Source: Rikenellaceae bacterium
Lineage (GTDB): Bacteria > Bacteroidota > Bacteroidia > Bacteroidales > Rikenellaceae
DNA: 64,000 nt
Assembly (NCBI GenBank): GCA_044433515.1
Contig: JAWXTN010000001.1
Location: forward strand, 45,280 to 109,279
Reading direction: 5' to 3'
Shown here: piece by piece, positions 39,285 to 49,451 of the stretch
How the letters are laid out: every line of letters starts with the position of its first letter
How positions within the stretch are numbered: position 1 is the stretch's first letter
Made by a program: the position numbers and the translations under genes
The notes under the pieces: generated by a model
The model's database searches: none
Seen by the model: only the letters and a program-made list of their open reading frames with translations
What the model was told of the DNA's origin: nothing

Positions 39285-41192
39285 CTACATAGTGAGGTCA
39301 AGAGCACTAGTCAAATTCAATACCTCTGAATTCTTAGCCACCAGATGGTCTACACGCTGCTGCAAAGTAACTGGGCGTTTAGGTGCGTTATCCTCACTTA
39401 GAATAATTTCGATAGGCAAACGATAATTAAAGAGTCGCATCATATCCCCCTCGATATCTATCATAGAATTTGTTATTTCATCTGCCATAATATCGCCCTG
39501 TACGAAGACGGTGATATGGTCGCTATCTATTACTGCCGTAGAGAGCACAAGTGCGATTCTAGGCCTATTTCTGTTCTGCCAAAGATTCACTAGCTCCGAG
39601 AAGCGTGCTTTGAGTATCTCTAGACCCTCCTGAGGTGTAACGGCTATAACATCAGAAGTTTTTTTTTGAGTATCCGCCCCTGCCTCTTTTTCTTTATTAA
39701 GAGAGCTTATCGAGAAGCCTAGCATTGAGCCGCTTGGATTCGCACCAGGCTGCGGTGTAGGCTGAGCAGCAGGTTGTGCAGTAGGCTGAGCAACAGCTTG
39801 CGCAGTAGGCTGAGCAGCAGGTTGTACAATAGGCTGAGCAACAGCTTGCGCAGTAGGCTGAACAGCAGGTTGTACAATAGGCTGAACAGCAGCTTGCGCA
39901 GTAGGCTGAGCAACAGCTTGCGCAGTAGGCTGAACAGCAGCTTGCGCAGTAGGCTGAGCGACAGCTTGCGCAGTAGGCTGAGCGACAGCTTGCGCAGTAG
40001 GCTGAGTATCACCTCTACCACTAGCCGTAGTATCAGAACTAATCTTCGGAAGGACAGCACGAACAATCTGAGGAGACACCCCAGTTAACGACGAATTAAG
40101 CCCTGCAAACTTCATAAGCATAAGCTCAATATGCAGCCTACGAGAAGTAGCATTACGATAAGAACTATCAGCTGCCGACACTAAATTAATTGCCGAAAAC
40201 AAAAACGGAACTTCCATAGCCGCCGACTGAGCCACATATCGCTGCGAAACACTTCCACTAAGCTCCAACAGCTTTACAGTAGAAGGATTCTTCGCCACAA
40301 GCAGACCACGCAAATGCTCCGCTAAACCACTCAAAAAATGCTGCCCATCGAAACCCTTCGACAAAATAGTATCAAAAAGCACCAGCAAAGAAGCGTAATC
40401 CCCTGCCAGAGCCATATCTACAACGCTAAAATAAGTATTGTAATCCAGAGCACCTACACACTCCCCTACTTCCCCGTAGCGCAATTCTGAGCCACAGAAC
40501 GAAACCACTCTGTCAAATGTAGAGAGAGCATCCCTCATACCGCCATCTGCCCCACGTGCAATAATTGCAAGAGACTCCTCGTCATAGGTCACACCCTCCT
40601 GGGCTGCGATATACTGCAAATAATCCACGATATCCTCAACACGTATGCGATTAAAATCATAAATCTGACAACGTGACAAAATCGTAGGAAGTATCTTATG
40701 TTTTTCGGTTGTTGCAAGGACAAAGATAGCGTGATGTGGCGGCTCTTCAAGTGTCTTTAGAAAAGCATTAAAAGCCGATGCCGACAACATATGAACCTCA
40801 TCTATAATATAGACACTATACTGACCTATCTGCGGTGCGACACGCACCTTATCGTTAAGAGCACGGATGTCGTCGACACTATTATTACTAGCAGCATCCA
40901 TCTCGTGGATATTAAAGCTCCTATCAGCCGCAAAAGCCACACAGCTTTCACACTCTCCACAAGCCTCAAACTCCGATGTAGGATTTAAACAATTAATTGC
41001 ACGTGCAAAGATACGAGCACAAGTAGTCTTACCGACCCCACGAGGACCAGTAAAGAGATAAGCGTGAGCCATCTGCCCCTTTGCAATAGCATTTCTGAGT
41101 GTTTCAGTAATATGCCTTTGACCCACTACCGAACGGAAGGTCTGCGGACGATACTTCCGTGCCGATACAATAAATTCACTATTTTCTGCCAT
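39285..41192 (-). CDS. dnaX: DNA polymerase III subunit gamma/tau
   Basis: ARKYRP, GPRGVGKTT, zinc-binding Cys residues, IIDEVHML, TILSRC, GGMRDALS. Confidence 0.96.
   Translation of the reverse strand: MAENSEFIVSARKYRPQTFRSVVGQRHITETLRNAIAKGQMAHAYLFTGPRGVGKTTCARIFARAINCLNPTSEFEACGECESCVAFAADRSFNIHEMDAASNNSVDDIRALNDKVRVAPQIGQYSVYIIDEVHMLSASAFNAFLKTLEEPPHHAIFVLATTEKHKILPTILSRCQIYDFNRIRVEDIVDYLQYIAAQEGVTYDEESLAIIARGADGGMRDALSTFDRVVSFCGSELRYGEVGECVGALDYNTYFSVVDMALAGDYASLLVLFDTILSKGFDGQHFLSGLAEHLRGLLVAKNPSTVKLLELSGSVSQRYVAQSAAMEVPFLFSAINLVSAADSSYRNATSRRLHIELMLMKFAGLNSSLTGVSPQIVRAVLPKISSDTTASGRGDTQPTAQAVAQPTAQAVAQPTAQAAVQPTAQAVAQPTAQAAVQPIVQPAVQPTAQAVAQPIVQPAAQPTAQAVAQPTAQPAAQPTPQPGANPSGSMLGFSISSLNKEKEAGADTQKKTSDVIAVTPQEGLEILKARFSELVNLWQNRNRPRIALVLSTAVIDSDHITVFVQGDIMADEITNSMIDIEGDMMRLFNYRLPIEIILSEDNAPKRPVTLQQRVDHLVAKNSEVLNLTSALDLTM
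39748..40006. repeat. 24-bp tandem repeat (about 10.5 copies) encoding the QPTAQAVA linker of DnaX
   Basis: gcagtaggctgagcaacagcttgc units and variants. Confidence 0.95.
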
Positions 41193-41277
41193 TCTCTGTA
41201 CTTCTTTATGCTGAGGGAGAAAAAAACAACTCTCCCACCCATTAACAATTAATAATTAACAATTAAAAATTAGAAAA

Positions 41278-44200
41278 CTACTGTTTCTCTACCCCAATAG
41301 TCAAAGTAATATCGTCAATCTCAATTTCAGTAGACTGAGCCTCTGCACTAACCTCAACACTCACTGCCAAAGTTTGAGAAGCGATATACTCCTTCCAATT
41401 ATTAACTGCGCTATCGGTAGCCTCACTGCTGCTAATCTTCAGAGCAATTCTATCGGTCACCTCAAAGCCGCTATCCTTTCTAAGGTTCTGAACACGGTTC
41501 ACAATCTCACGAGCTATACCCTCTTCCCTTAGAGCCTCTGTAATAGTCACATCCAAGGCAATAGTCAAAGCTCCCTCAGAGGCCACTAGCCATCCTGGCA
41601 TATCCTCCGAAGTAATCTCCACATCCTCTCTCTCAATCTTTAGAGCCTCGCCGCCAATGCTTAGCGTCACAAAGCCTGCACTCTCAAGCTCCGCAATCTC
41701 CTCTTGGCTGAGCTTCGCCACATTTGCCGCAATCTCTTTCATAAGCTTACCAAACTTCTTACCCAAAACTGGGAAGATAGGCTTAATACGCTTTGTAATA
41801 ATACCAGCAGTCTGTTCGATATACTCTATCTCCTTAACATTAACCTCGCCTTTGAGTAGATCTTCCACCGCTTCGAGTTTAAGACGTAGCGCAGGGTCGA
41901 GCACAGGGATAATCATCTTTCCAAGTGGCTGACGAACTTTAATAGAGACCTTTCTACGAAGTGCCAATACCATAGATGTAGCACGCTGCGCAATCTCCAT
42001 TTGTTCTTCCAAAGCCTTATCTATAAGCTCAGTGTTAGCCTTAGGGAAGGCCGCCAAGTGTACAGACTCAGTAGCTCCCAAATCCTCGAACAACTGCTCG
42101 CTAAAGAACGGAGCGACAGGAGCCGCCAATTGTGCTACAACACTCAAACACTCCTTAAGAGTTTGATATGCCGCAATCTTATCTTCACTCATCTCGCCAC
42201 CCCAGAATCTCTTACGATTTAGGCGCACATACCAGTTCGATAGGTTCTCACCCACAAACTCTTGAATCTCACGTGCCACTGGCGTAGGGTCAAAGTTCTC
42301 ATAACTTTCAGTCACCTTTACCACAAGTGAATTGAGCAACGAAATAATCCATCTGTCAATCTCTGGACGCTTTTCGATAGGCACTATCGCCTCCTCACCC
42401 GTAAAGCCGTCTACATTTGCATAGAGCGCAAAGAACGAGTATGTATTATATAGTGTACCAAAGAATTTTCTACGAACCTCATCCACACCATCAGCGTCAT
42501 ACTTCAAGTTATCCCAAGGCTGAGAATTGCTAATCATATACCAGCGAACAGCATCAGCTCCATAAGTAGAGAGAGCCTCAAATGGGTCTACGCCATTGCC
42601 AAGTCTCTTACTCATCTTATTACCCTTCTTATCCAGAACGATACCATTCGAAATAATATTCTTAAACGCTACGCTATCAAATAGCATAACCGAGAGTGCG
42701 TGAAGTGTAAAGAACCAGCCACGAGTCTGGTCTACCCCTTCGGCAATAAAGTCAGCAGGGAAATTAGGCACAGTGTCACTGCCACCCATAAAGTGCTGCT
42801 GAGCATAAGGCATCGCACCGCTATCAAACCACACGTCTATAAGGTCACTCTCTCGTCTCATAGGCTTACCGCTAGGCGACACCAAAATAACATCATCCAC
42901 ATAAGGACGGTGCACATCTTTAAGAACAAAATCATTAGCCAACAGCCCAGCCGCCTTAGCCTTATCCATTTCCTCGTCGAGCATAGCACGACTACTGATA
43001 CAAATCATCTCCTCTCTGTCCTCTGTCACCCAGATAGGCAGCGGAGTACCCCAATAGCGGCTACGAGAAAGATTCCAGTCCACCAAGTTCTCTAGCCACT
43101 TACCGAAACGACCGCTACCTGTCGAAGCAGGTTTCCAGTTGATTGTTTCGTTAAGTTCGATAAGTCTATCCTTAACAGCCGTTGTGCGGATAAACCACGA
43201 GTCAAGCGGATAATAAAGTACTGGTTTGTCAGTTCTCCAACAGTGAGGATAGCTGTGCGTATGTTTTTCGATTTTATAGGCAAGACCACGAGCCTTAAGC
43301 CACATACAAATCTCGATATCTAGAGTCTCGTCACCCTCTGCCTTAGTCAAGTCGTAGGCATTCTTTACGAATTTACCTGCCCACTCCTTGTAATCAGCCG
43401 TTGTATATTCTGTCACAAAAGCCTCATCCAAATCCGCCGTAGCGAAGAATTTACCACTTCTGTCGACCATAGGCATCTCCTTGCCCGACTTGTCGATAAC
43501 AAGAAGCGGAGCGATACCGCTTTGCTTAGCTACTCTATCGTCATCCGCACCAAAAGTAGGAGCGATATGCACAATGCCCGTACCGTCTTCCGTAGTCACA
43601 AACTCGCCACAAATAACCCTAAAGGCATCTTTGCTATCAGTTGTAATAGGCTTAACCCAAGGCATCAACTGCTCATAGCGCATACCCTCAAGGTCGCTGC
43701 CCTTATACTTCTCTACAACCGTATATTCGTTCTTACCCATAACCTTTTCAAGAAGCGGCTCACCTAAAATAACAGTAACCTCCTCTTTAGAATATGGATT
43801 AAGAGTCTTAACCTTCACATAAGAAATCCCTGCGCCAACTGCAAGAGCAGTATTACTAGGCAGTGTCCAAGGAGTAGTAGTCCACGCCAAGAAATAGGCA
43901 TCCTCTCCCACAATCTTAAACTGAGCGATACAAGTAGTGTCCTTTGTGTCACGGTAACAACCTGGCTGATTCAATTCGTGATTCGAAAGACCTGTACCAG
44001 CAGCTGGCGAATATGGCTGAATTGTATAACCCTTATAGAGCAAACCTTTTTTATAAAGTTCGCCAAGCATCCACCACAGCGTCTCGATATAGTCCGCCTC
44101 ATAAGTTATATAAGGGTTATCCATATCGACCCAATAGCCCATCTTTTCGGTAAGGTCTCTCCACTGCTGAGTGTATTTCATAACTTCGCTACGACACTCT

Positions 44201-44553
44201 GCATTATAATCGTCAATAGATATTTTAGTTCCGATATCCTCTTTTGTAATGCCGAGTTTCTTCTCCACTCCAAGTTCCACTGGCAGACCGTGAGTATCCC
44301 ATCCAGCCTTACGGTTAACCTTAAAGCCCTGCTGCGTTTTGTAGCGACAGAAAAGGTCTTTAATAGTACGAGCCATCACGTGGTGAATACCAGGAGTACC
44401 ATTAGCAGATGGAGGTCCTTCGAAAAAAACAAACGAAGGAGCATCATTTCTCTCACTTATAGAGCGACTAAAGGTTTCGTCCTTTTGCCATTTTTTGAGT
44501 ATTTCTTCCGCTGTATTAGGCAGCGACAATGTTGAGTACTGTTTGAATTTCAT
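41278..44553 (-). CDS. ileS: Isoleucine--tRNA ligase (IleRS2 type)
   Basis: EGPPSANGTPGIHH, GWDTHGLPVE, WTTTPWTLP, DWNLSRSRYWG, EGVDQTRGWF, KMSKR. Confidence 0.97.
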   Translation of the reverse strand: MKFKQYSTLSLPNTAEEILKKWQKDETFSRSISERNDAPSFVFFEGPPSANGTPGIHHVMARTIKDLFCRYKTQQGFKVNRKAGWDTHGLPVELGVEKKLGITKEDIGTKISIDDYNAECRSEVMKYTQQWRDLTEKMGYWVDMDNPYITYEADYIETLWWMLGELYKKGLLYKGYTIQPYSPAAGTGLSNHELNQPGCYRDTKDTTCIAQFKIVGEDAYFLAWTTTPWTLPSNTALAVGAGISYVKVKTLNPYSKEEVTVILGEPLLEKVMGKNEYTVVEKYKGSDLEGMRYEQLMPWVKPITTDSKDAFRVICGEFVTTEDGTGIVHIAPTFGADDDRVAKQSGIAPLLVIDKSGKEMPMVDRSGKFFATADLDEAFVTEYTTADYKEWAGKFVKNAYDLTKAEGDETLDIEICMWLKARGLAYKIEKHTHSYPHCWRTDKPVLYYPLDSWFIRTTAVKDRLIELNETINWKPASTGSGRFGKWLENLVDWNLSRSRYWGTPLPIWVTEDREEMICISSRAMLDEEMDKAKAAGLLANDFVLKDVHRPYVDDVILVSPSGKPMRRESDLIDVWFDSGAMPYAQQHFMGGSDTVPNFPADFIAEGVDQTRGWFFTLHALSVMLFDSVAFKNIISNGIVLDKKGNKMSKRLGNGVDPFEALSTYGADAVRWYMISNSQPWDNLKYDADGVDEVRRKFFGTLYNTYSFFALYANVDGFTGEEAIVPIEKRPEIDRWIISLLNSLVVKVTESYENFDPTPVAREIQEFVGENLSNWYVRLNRKRFWGGEMSEDKIAAYQTLKECLSVVAQLAAPVAPFFSEQLFEDLGATESVHLAAFPKANTELIDKALEEQMEIAQRATSMVLALRRKVSIKVRQPLGKMIIPVLDPALRLKLEAVEDLLKGEVNVKEIEYIEQTAGIITKRIKPIFPVLGKKFGKLMKEIAANVAKLSQEEIAELESAGFVTLSIGGEALKIEREDVEITSEDMPGWLVASEGALTIALDVTITEALREEGIAREIVNRVQNLRKDSGFEVTDRIALKISSSEATDSAVNNWKEYIASQTLAVSVEVSAEAQSTEIEIDDITLTIGVEKQ

Positions 44554-44596
44554 TTTTTTAAAGTAAAATCTATTCTTTGATTTATGAGTTATATTA

Positions 44597-45607
44597 TTAT
44601 TTATAAAATTTCTTATCCAAGTTTTTACCTCCTCCGAAGAGAGCCTTTAGGAATCCTATGCCATAGCCCAAGAGCTGAACCACTGAAGCCCACAGCGAGA
44701 GTATTCCCATTTCAATGCCGCCTGTGCGAATAGTGGCATCAATAATTATCAGCGAGGACCACACCGCAAAGGGCACACCCACCCAGTAGCATAGGGGCGA
44801 GAGCACAAGCCCTGCGAAAAAATAGAGCGTAAAGCCTAGCGGCATTAGGTGCACAAGTTTAAGCGACCCCTTATGCTTACGACTAAGCGTAATACGAGCC
44901 CCACCAGAAGCCCTCACCTGACGGTAGAACTTTCTAAAATCGACCCTTCTCTTATGGTAAACCCAAGCATCTGGCAGTAGCACACAATTTGCCCCCGATT
45001 CAAAGATACGAATACTTAAATCCACATCCTCACCAAAGCGCATAGAGCCATCAAATCCGCCTAGCTTTTCAAAGACCTCTCTAGAAATACCCATATTAAA
45101 GCTACGGGGGTGGAACTTCTCCATACTTTTCTTACCTCCCCGAATCCCTCCAGTCGTAAAGACAGAAGTCATCGAATAATTAATGGCTTTCTGCACAGGG
45201 GTAAAATCCGCACTAGCTCTATCAGGCCCTCCAAAAGCATCGAATTTAGCAATTTCCCCCATCTCTGACAACCTCACCCCCTCTGCGATAGAGCTAAGCC
45301 ACCCACTAGGCAGCACAGTGTCAGAATCCAAGAAAATAAGCCACTGCCCACCGCTACGCTCAGCTGCATAATTACGAGCCGATGCAGGACCTCCATTCTC
45401 TTTCACGAAATACTTCACAGGAAGTCTATCCGAAAAATTCTCCACTATTTCTGCGCTGGAAATATCTGAGCCGTCTTCGACAACCACAATCTCGCACTGC
45501 TCCACTGCTCCTTTTTGCTGCAAAAAATCCTGCAACAAGAGGCTCTCCAGAAGTTCTTTTATCTCTTCGGGACGATTATATAGCGGTATTATTATCGAAA
45601 AGCGCAT
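44597..45607 (-). CDS. Glycosyltransferase family 2
   Basis: MRFSIIIPLYNR, EDGS, FLDSD, GEDVDLS; start reassigned to 45607. Confidence 0.9.
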   Translation of the reverse strand: MRFSIIIPLYNRPEEIKELLESLLLQDFLQQKGAVEQCEIVVVEDGSDISSAEIVENFSDRLPVKYFVKENGGPASARNYAAERSGGQWLIFLDSDTVLPSGWLSSIAEGVRLSEMGEIAKFDAFGGPDRASADFTPVQKAINYSMTSVFTTGGIRGGKKSMEKFHPRSFNMGISREVFEKLGGFDGSMRFGEDVDLSIRIFESGANCVLLPDAWVYHKRRVDFRKFYRQVRASGGARITLSRKHKGSLKLVHLMPLGFTLYFFAGLVLSPLCYWVGVPFAVWSSLIIIDATIRTGGIEMGILSLWASVVQLLGYGIGFLKALFGGGKNLDKKFYK

Positions 45608-45678
45608 AAAAAGTATTATTTTTGTCGTTTTAAAAGGAGCATAAAAGTTCCACATTAATCCACAAAGATACTAATAAT

Positions 45679-46044
45679 ATGTCGAAAGATAAAATACAAA
45701 ATCAACAACTTTTACCAGAGGAGAGAGTTCGCCAGTGGTTTATCTCTCTCTTGGAGTCTTGTGGAGTGGAGAGATACAGAATTTCTACCGAATATCCAGT
45801 CATCATTTCTGGTAGGCGTTTACGTGTTGATATAGCTATTTTCGGACGTGGAACAAAGAGTATCACTGCCATAGTGGAGTGTAAAGCCCCCGAAGTTCCC
45901 CTTACCACAAAGGTCATTACACAAGCAGCGGTCTATAATTCGATAATTTGTGCGAGATATATCATTGCGACAAACGGCAAAAAAACTTTCATTTGGGATT
46001 CTCACACAAAAGAGTTTTTAACAGAGCTTCCATCCAACCTATAA
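45679..46044 (+). CDS. Stand-alone type I restriction HsdR N-terminal-like (PD-(D/E)xK) protein
   Basis: PEERVRQ, RVDI, IVECKAP, QAAVYN, ATNG. Confidence 0.85.
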   Translation: MSKDKIQNQQLLPEERVRQWFISLLESCGVERYRISTEYPVIISGRRLRVDIAIFGRGTKSITAIVECKAPEVPLTTKVITQAAVYNSIICARYIIATNGKKTFIWDSHTKEFLTELPSNL

Positions 46045-46232
46045 CACACACGTAACCAAAGATTAAAGAAGAGATAAATCAAAGAAATTTCAGAAAACTT
46101 TTGGTAATTCGCCATAAAGTTCATAACTTTGACCCAAATATGTGCCTTAGACAGCCTTTAGAAAACTGACAAAGACACTTTAGAGTATAACACTCATAAG
46201 GGAAGAGAAAAAGTATAGAAAATTTCAAACCG

Positions 46233-48392
46233 ATGTATAAAAGTACAAAATATCTTTTACTGTGTCTACTGCTAATCTGTGGTGGATGTACTTCAAACAA
46301 TAACATCTCCGAAGATATTATCTTAAGCGAGGGCTATGGGGCTTTAACCTTTAGCGTTGAGGCAAATCTAAATTACACAACAAAGGCAGACGACGATTTA
46401 GAGTTAATAGTTCCTTCGAAGAACGATTTCACTGTTTCGATAACTCCGACAGACACATCCTCAGAACAAGAGCCTTTCGAGTCTGCATATAGTGACCTAC
46501 CCGTAGCAGTCGAGATGATGGAGGGAGAATATAGTGTTAAAGCACTCGCAGGTCAGGACGAAGACTTTAGCACAACAACCCCTACCTATCTAGCCCAGAG
46601 CACAGAGATAGTAGAGGCAGGTCGTATAACAAACGTTTCGCTTACTGCCACAATGCGCAGTTATGCAGTTCAGATAAACTATCGTGACGACTTCCTCGAA
46701 GCCTTCGACACCTTTTGGGTAGAGGCTATCGTGGGTGACGGCAGATATGAATTTGCTGGTGGAGCTAGCGAAATAGCATACATAACCCCTGGCGAGTCAC
46801 GCTACATATTAAAGGGCACTACTTCTTCGGGTCAAGACTATTCATCTATCTTTGCAGAGCTAGACTCTGAAGGTAGGGAACATTATATATTAAACCTTTC
46901 TATCCGCCCACAAGGGCAAGGTTTTACCCTTGATGTCGACACTGAGGTTATAGACTTAGACTTCACCACAGATATCGACCCAAGTTTGTACCCTGATATG
47001 CCTACTCCAGAATTTGGAGCTTTGGAGTTCTACGAAACAGAGGATTATAGCTCTGAAACCTCGAACAATTCTGTCGTTAAGTTTGTAGCCCTTACTACAC
47101 TAGAGGATGCAGAAATTGAGTTTTACGATTCGAAGTTTGCAGACTTCGAACTCGATATCCTTAAAACCTACACTCTCTCTAACAGTGAGGATGTCGCTGA
47201 GCTAAGCGCAGCAGGTGTAACAATCGTAGAGGGCGCACTAGGAGAGAGAAGCATATCGCTAAGCCTTGGCGCACTAGCTAGCCAAATGGAGTGTGAGAGT
47301 CTTGACGGCACAACCTATAATTTTAGGGCGAGGTCTAAAGATGTTCTCAGCGAAGAGGACGGCACAAGCCTAAGCTCGGAGGCTATCTCCACAATGACAA
47401 TCCTTCCTATTGACTTTACCCTTCCGGAGGTTAGCGCAGCAAATATATGGAGTAAAGAATTTACGATTAACACCATAGCTCAGAGTAACATTACAAATGG
47501 CAATCTAGAGGTTGTAAATAGCCGTGGCGGCTTTACTTACGAGTGGAGCTCAGATGGCGAGAATTGGAGCGATATAGACCCTGCTACACTTTGTGTGTCG
47601 GGACTTACGGGCAGCACCTCACTCACTACATACTATGCTCGGGCAAACTACCGCTTCTATACTTCTAATATCGTGAGCCTAACGACAGAAGCACAGACAC
47701 AAATACCGAACAACGACTTCTCGACAAACTACTACACCGAAAACAACGGTCAGCCGTGCTATTGGTTCTTTGCTAGCGGAGCATCTGCGACTGACCAGTG
47801 GTGGGCAACTCGTAATGCAAAGACCACAAGCGAGGGTATCAACGCAAAATACACTAGATATTCAGGTTCACGCACTACAAGTGGCAGTGGCGTAGAGTTA
47901 GTGACTTGCGGTTGGGGTAGCGGCAATACAGCAGCTGGCAGCATAAGTGTAGTAAACAACGTTTGGGCAGGGGCTATTTTTCTTGGCACATATTCTGCCG
48001 ACTCTTACGACAATAGTGCTAATGAAAATCACGGTAAGGAGTTCGCATCACGCCCAACTGCACTGACCTTTAGCTTTAAATATTCGCCATATAACAATAG
48101 CGACAACTATATCGCTAAGATTTGGCTAGAGAACCGCACAGGCTCTACAACCACTACTCTAGCGAGCGGCAGTGCTACATCTACTTCGACAGTAAGCAGC
48201 TGGACAAGCAAAACTATAACTCTTACTTACACAAACACCTCACTGCCTATCACGCACCTTTGTGTAGCCTTCTATTCGGGCAAGAACGAAAACAGTTCAA
48301 GCTATATCAGCAAACCGAGCTTCGCAAGTAGCAACCCTGCTCTAGGCTCTGTTTTCTACGTCAATAACGTTACACTAGTTTACGGCAAATAG
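46233..48392 (+). CDS. DUF4493-like lipoprotein with C-terminal putative carbohydrate-metabolism (PCMD-like) domain
   Basis: Lipobox near CGGC; TKA motif; C-terminal QIPNNDF..WATRN..AGAIFLG..FASRPTAL..GSVFYV. Confidence 0.7.
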   Translation: MYKSTKYLLLCLLLICGGCTSNNNISEDIILSEGYGALTFSVEANLNYTTKADDDLELIVPSKNDFTVSITPTDTSSEQEPFESAYSDLPVAVEMMEGEYSVKALAGQDEDFSTTTPTYLAQSTEIVEAGRITNVSLTATMRSYAVQINYRDDFLEAFDTFWVEAIVGDGRYEFAGGASEIAYITPGESRYILKGTTSSGQDYSSIFAELDSEGREHYILNLSIRPQGQGFTLDVDTEVIDLDFTTDIDPSLYPDMPTPEFGALEFYETEDYSSETSNNSVVKFVALTTLEDAEIEFYDSKFADFELDILKTYTLSNSEDVAELSAAGVTIVEGALGERSISLSLGALASQMECESLDGTTYNFRARSKDVLSEEDGTSLSSEAISTMTILPIDFTLPEVSAANIWSKEFTINTIAQSNITNGNLEVVNSRGGFTYEWSSDGENWSDIDPATLCVSGLTGSTSLTTYYARANYRFYTSNIVSLTTEAQTQIPNNDFSTNYYTENNGQPCYWFFASGASATDQWWATRNAKTTSEGINAKYTRYSGSRTTSGSGVELVTCGWGSGNTAAGSISVVNNVWAGAIFLGTYSADSYDNSANENHGKEFASRPTALTFSFKYSPYNNSDNYIAKIWLENRTGSTTTTLASGSATSTSTVSSWTSKTITLTYTNTSLPITHLCVAFYSGKNENSSSYISKPSFASSNPALGSVFYVNNVTLVYGK

Positions 48393-48407
48393 ATTTTACG
48401 ACAAAAA

Positions 48408-49211
48408 ATGAAACATATTTTCAGACATATAACACTCCTCGCAGCGACAGTGCTGCTAGCTCTCTCTTGTCAAAAAAGCGATGAAACTCCATTAGTTCAA
48501 AGCGGTACACTAGAGCTTACGAGCGTAGAGATAGAGGGCACATATATACAAATAGATCCTAGCCAAGCTCTAAGCTCTGCTGCTGTCACTAAAGCAGAGG
48601 TAGACATAAGCGATCACATCTTCTCGGTGGATATATATGATGCTGAGACCGACGAGATAGTAGAGTCGTACTCTAGCCATAGGGATATGCCAGCGACAAT
48701 CGTTCTATCGGCTGGGACATATAGAGTAGAGGTCTACACAGCCGACATTAATTCGCAAGTTCCTTTCGGCACAACAGTGGGTTTTGATCAGCCTCAATAT
48801 GGCGCAACCCAGGAGGTAGAAATCTTGGCAGGTGAGACAACAACAATTGCAGTTACAGCACTACCTATCACCTGTGGCGTTACTATTAGTTACAGCGACA
48901 CATTTGAGTATGTATTCCCTTGCACAAACGAGGGAGAGACCTATTACACAATTGTCTACTCGTCACACGGTGCAGAGATAACCTTTTTCAAGGGCGAAAG
49001 CCGCACAGCCTATTTCGAATACACAGGCAAAGGGATGGAGCTTCTTTATAGGGTCTATATCGTAAGAATGAACGACGAGGGCACTCTAGAGACCTACACA
49101 ACAGATGAGCCTTCAACACTCCTCCCAAGCGGCACAGAAGCGACAGAGGGATATATCTACAACGCTACAATTGCCATAGAGAGCAAGGCAAATATATCAC
49201 CAGTAGAATAA
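48408..49211 (+). CDS. DUF4493-like lipoprotein
   Basis: Lipobox ALSC; VTKA, LSAGTYRV, GFDQPQY, TAYF. Confidence 0.7.
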   Translation: MKHIFRHITLLAATVLLALSCQKSDETPLVQSGTLELTSVEIEGTYIQIDPSQALSSAAVTKAEVDISDHIFSVDIYDAETDEIVESYSSHRDMPATIVLSAGTYRVEVYTADINSQVPFGTTVGFDQPQYGATQEVEILAGETTTIAVTALPITCGVTISYSDTFEYVFPCTNEGETYYTIVYSSHGAEITFFKGESRTAYFEYTGKGMELLYRVYIVRMNDEGTLETYTTDEPSTLLPSGTEATEGYIYNATIAIESKANISPVE

Positions 49212-49260
49212 CAACTGACACATTACGGGAATTTCTAATAATTCTCCCCATTAACAAAAC

Positions 49261-49305
49261 AATAAGGGCAGCCATTTCAAACTTAAGAAATTGGCTGCCC
49301 TTATT
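49261..49305. terminator. Terminator hairpin between convergent genes
   Basis: aataagggcagcca / tggctgcccttatt. Confidence 0.75.
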
Positions 49306-49401
49306 CTAGACCCTAACTCTAGACCCTAACTCTAGACCCTTATTCTAGACCCTGATTCTAGACCCTGATTCTAGACCCTGATTCTAGACCCTTATTTTAG
49401 A
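49298..49401. repeat. 13-bp tandem repeat (TCTAGACCCTNAY), about 8 copies
   Basis: Units tctagaccctaac, tctagacccttat and tctagaccctgat. Confidence 0.93.
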
Positions 49402-49451
49402 AAACTTCTAGAAACTAGACTTTACGTCATAGAGACCTCCGCCTCTCTCTC

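Noticed and set aside
39719-40088. Leu/Ser/Arg-rich ORFs at 39719-40066 and 39774-40088
   Set aside because: Alternative-frame readings of the dnaX tandem repeat.
45679-46044. Type I restriction-modification system
   Set aside because: Only a small HsdR-N-like gene with no hsdM, hsdS or helicase domain; such stand-alone genes are common in Bacteroidetes.
49298-49401. Possible CRISPR array
   Set aside because: 13-bp units are head-to-tail with no unique spacers, and there are no cas genes.
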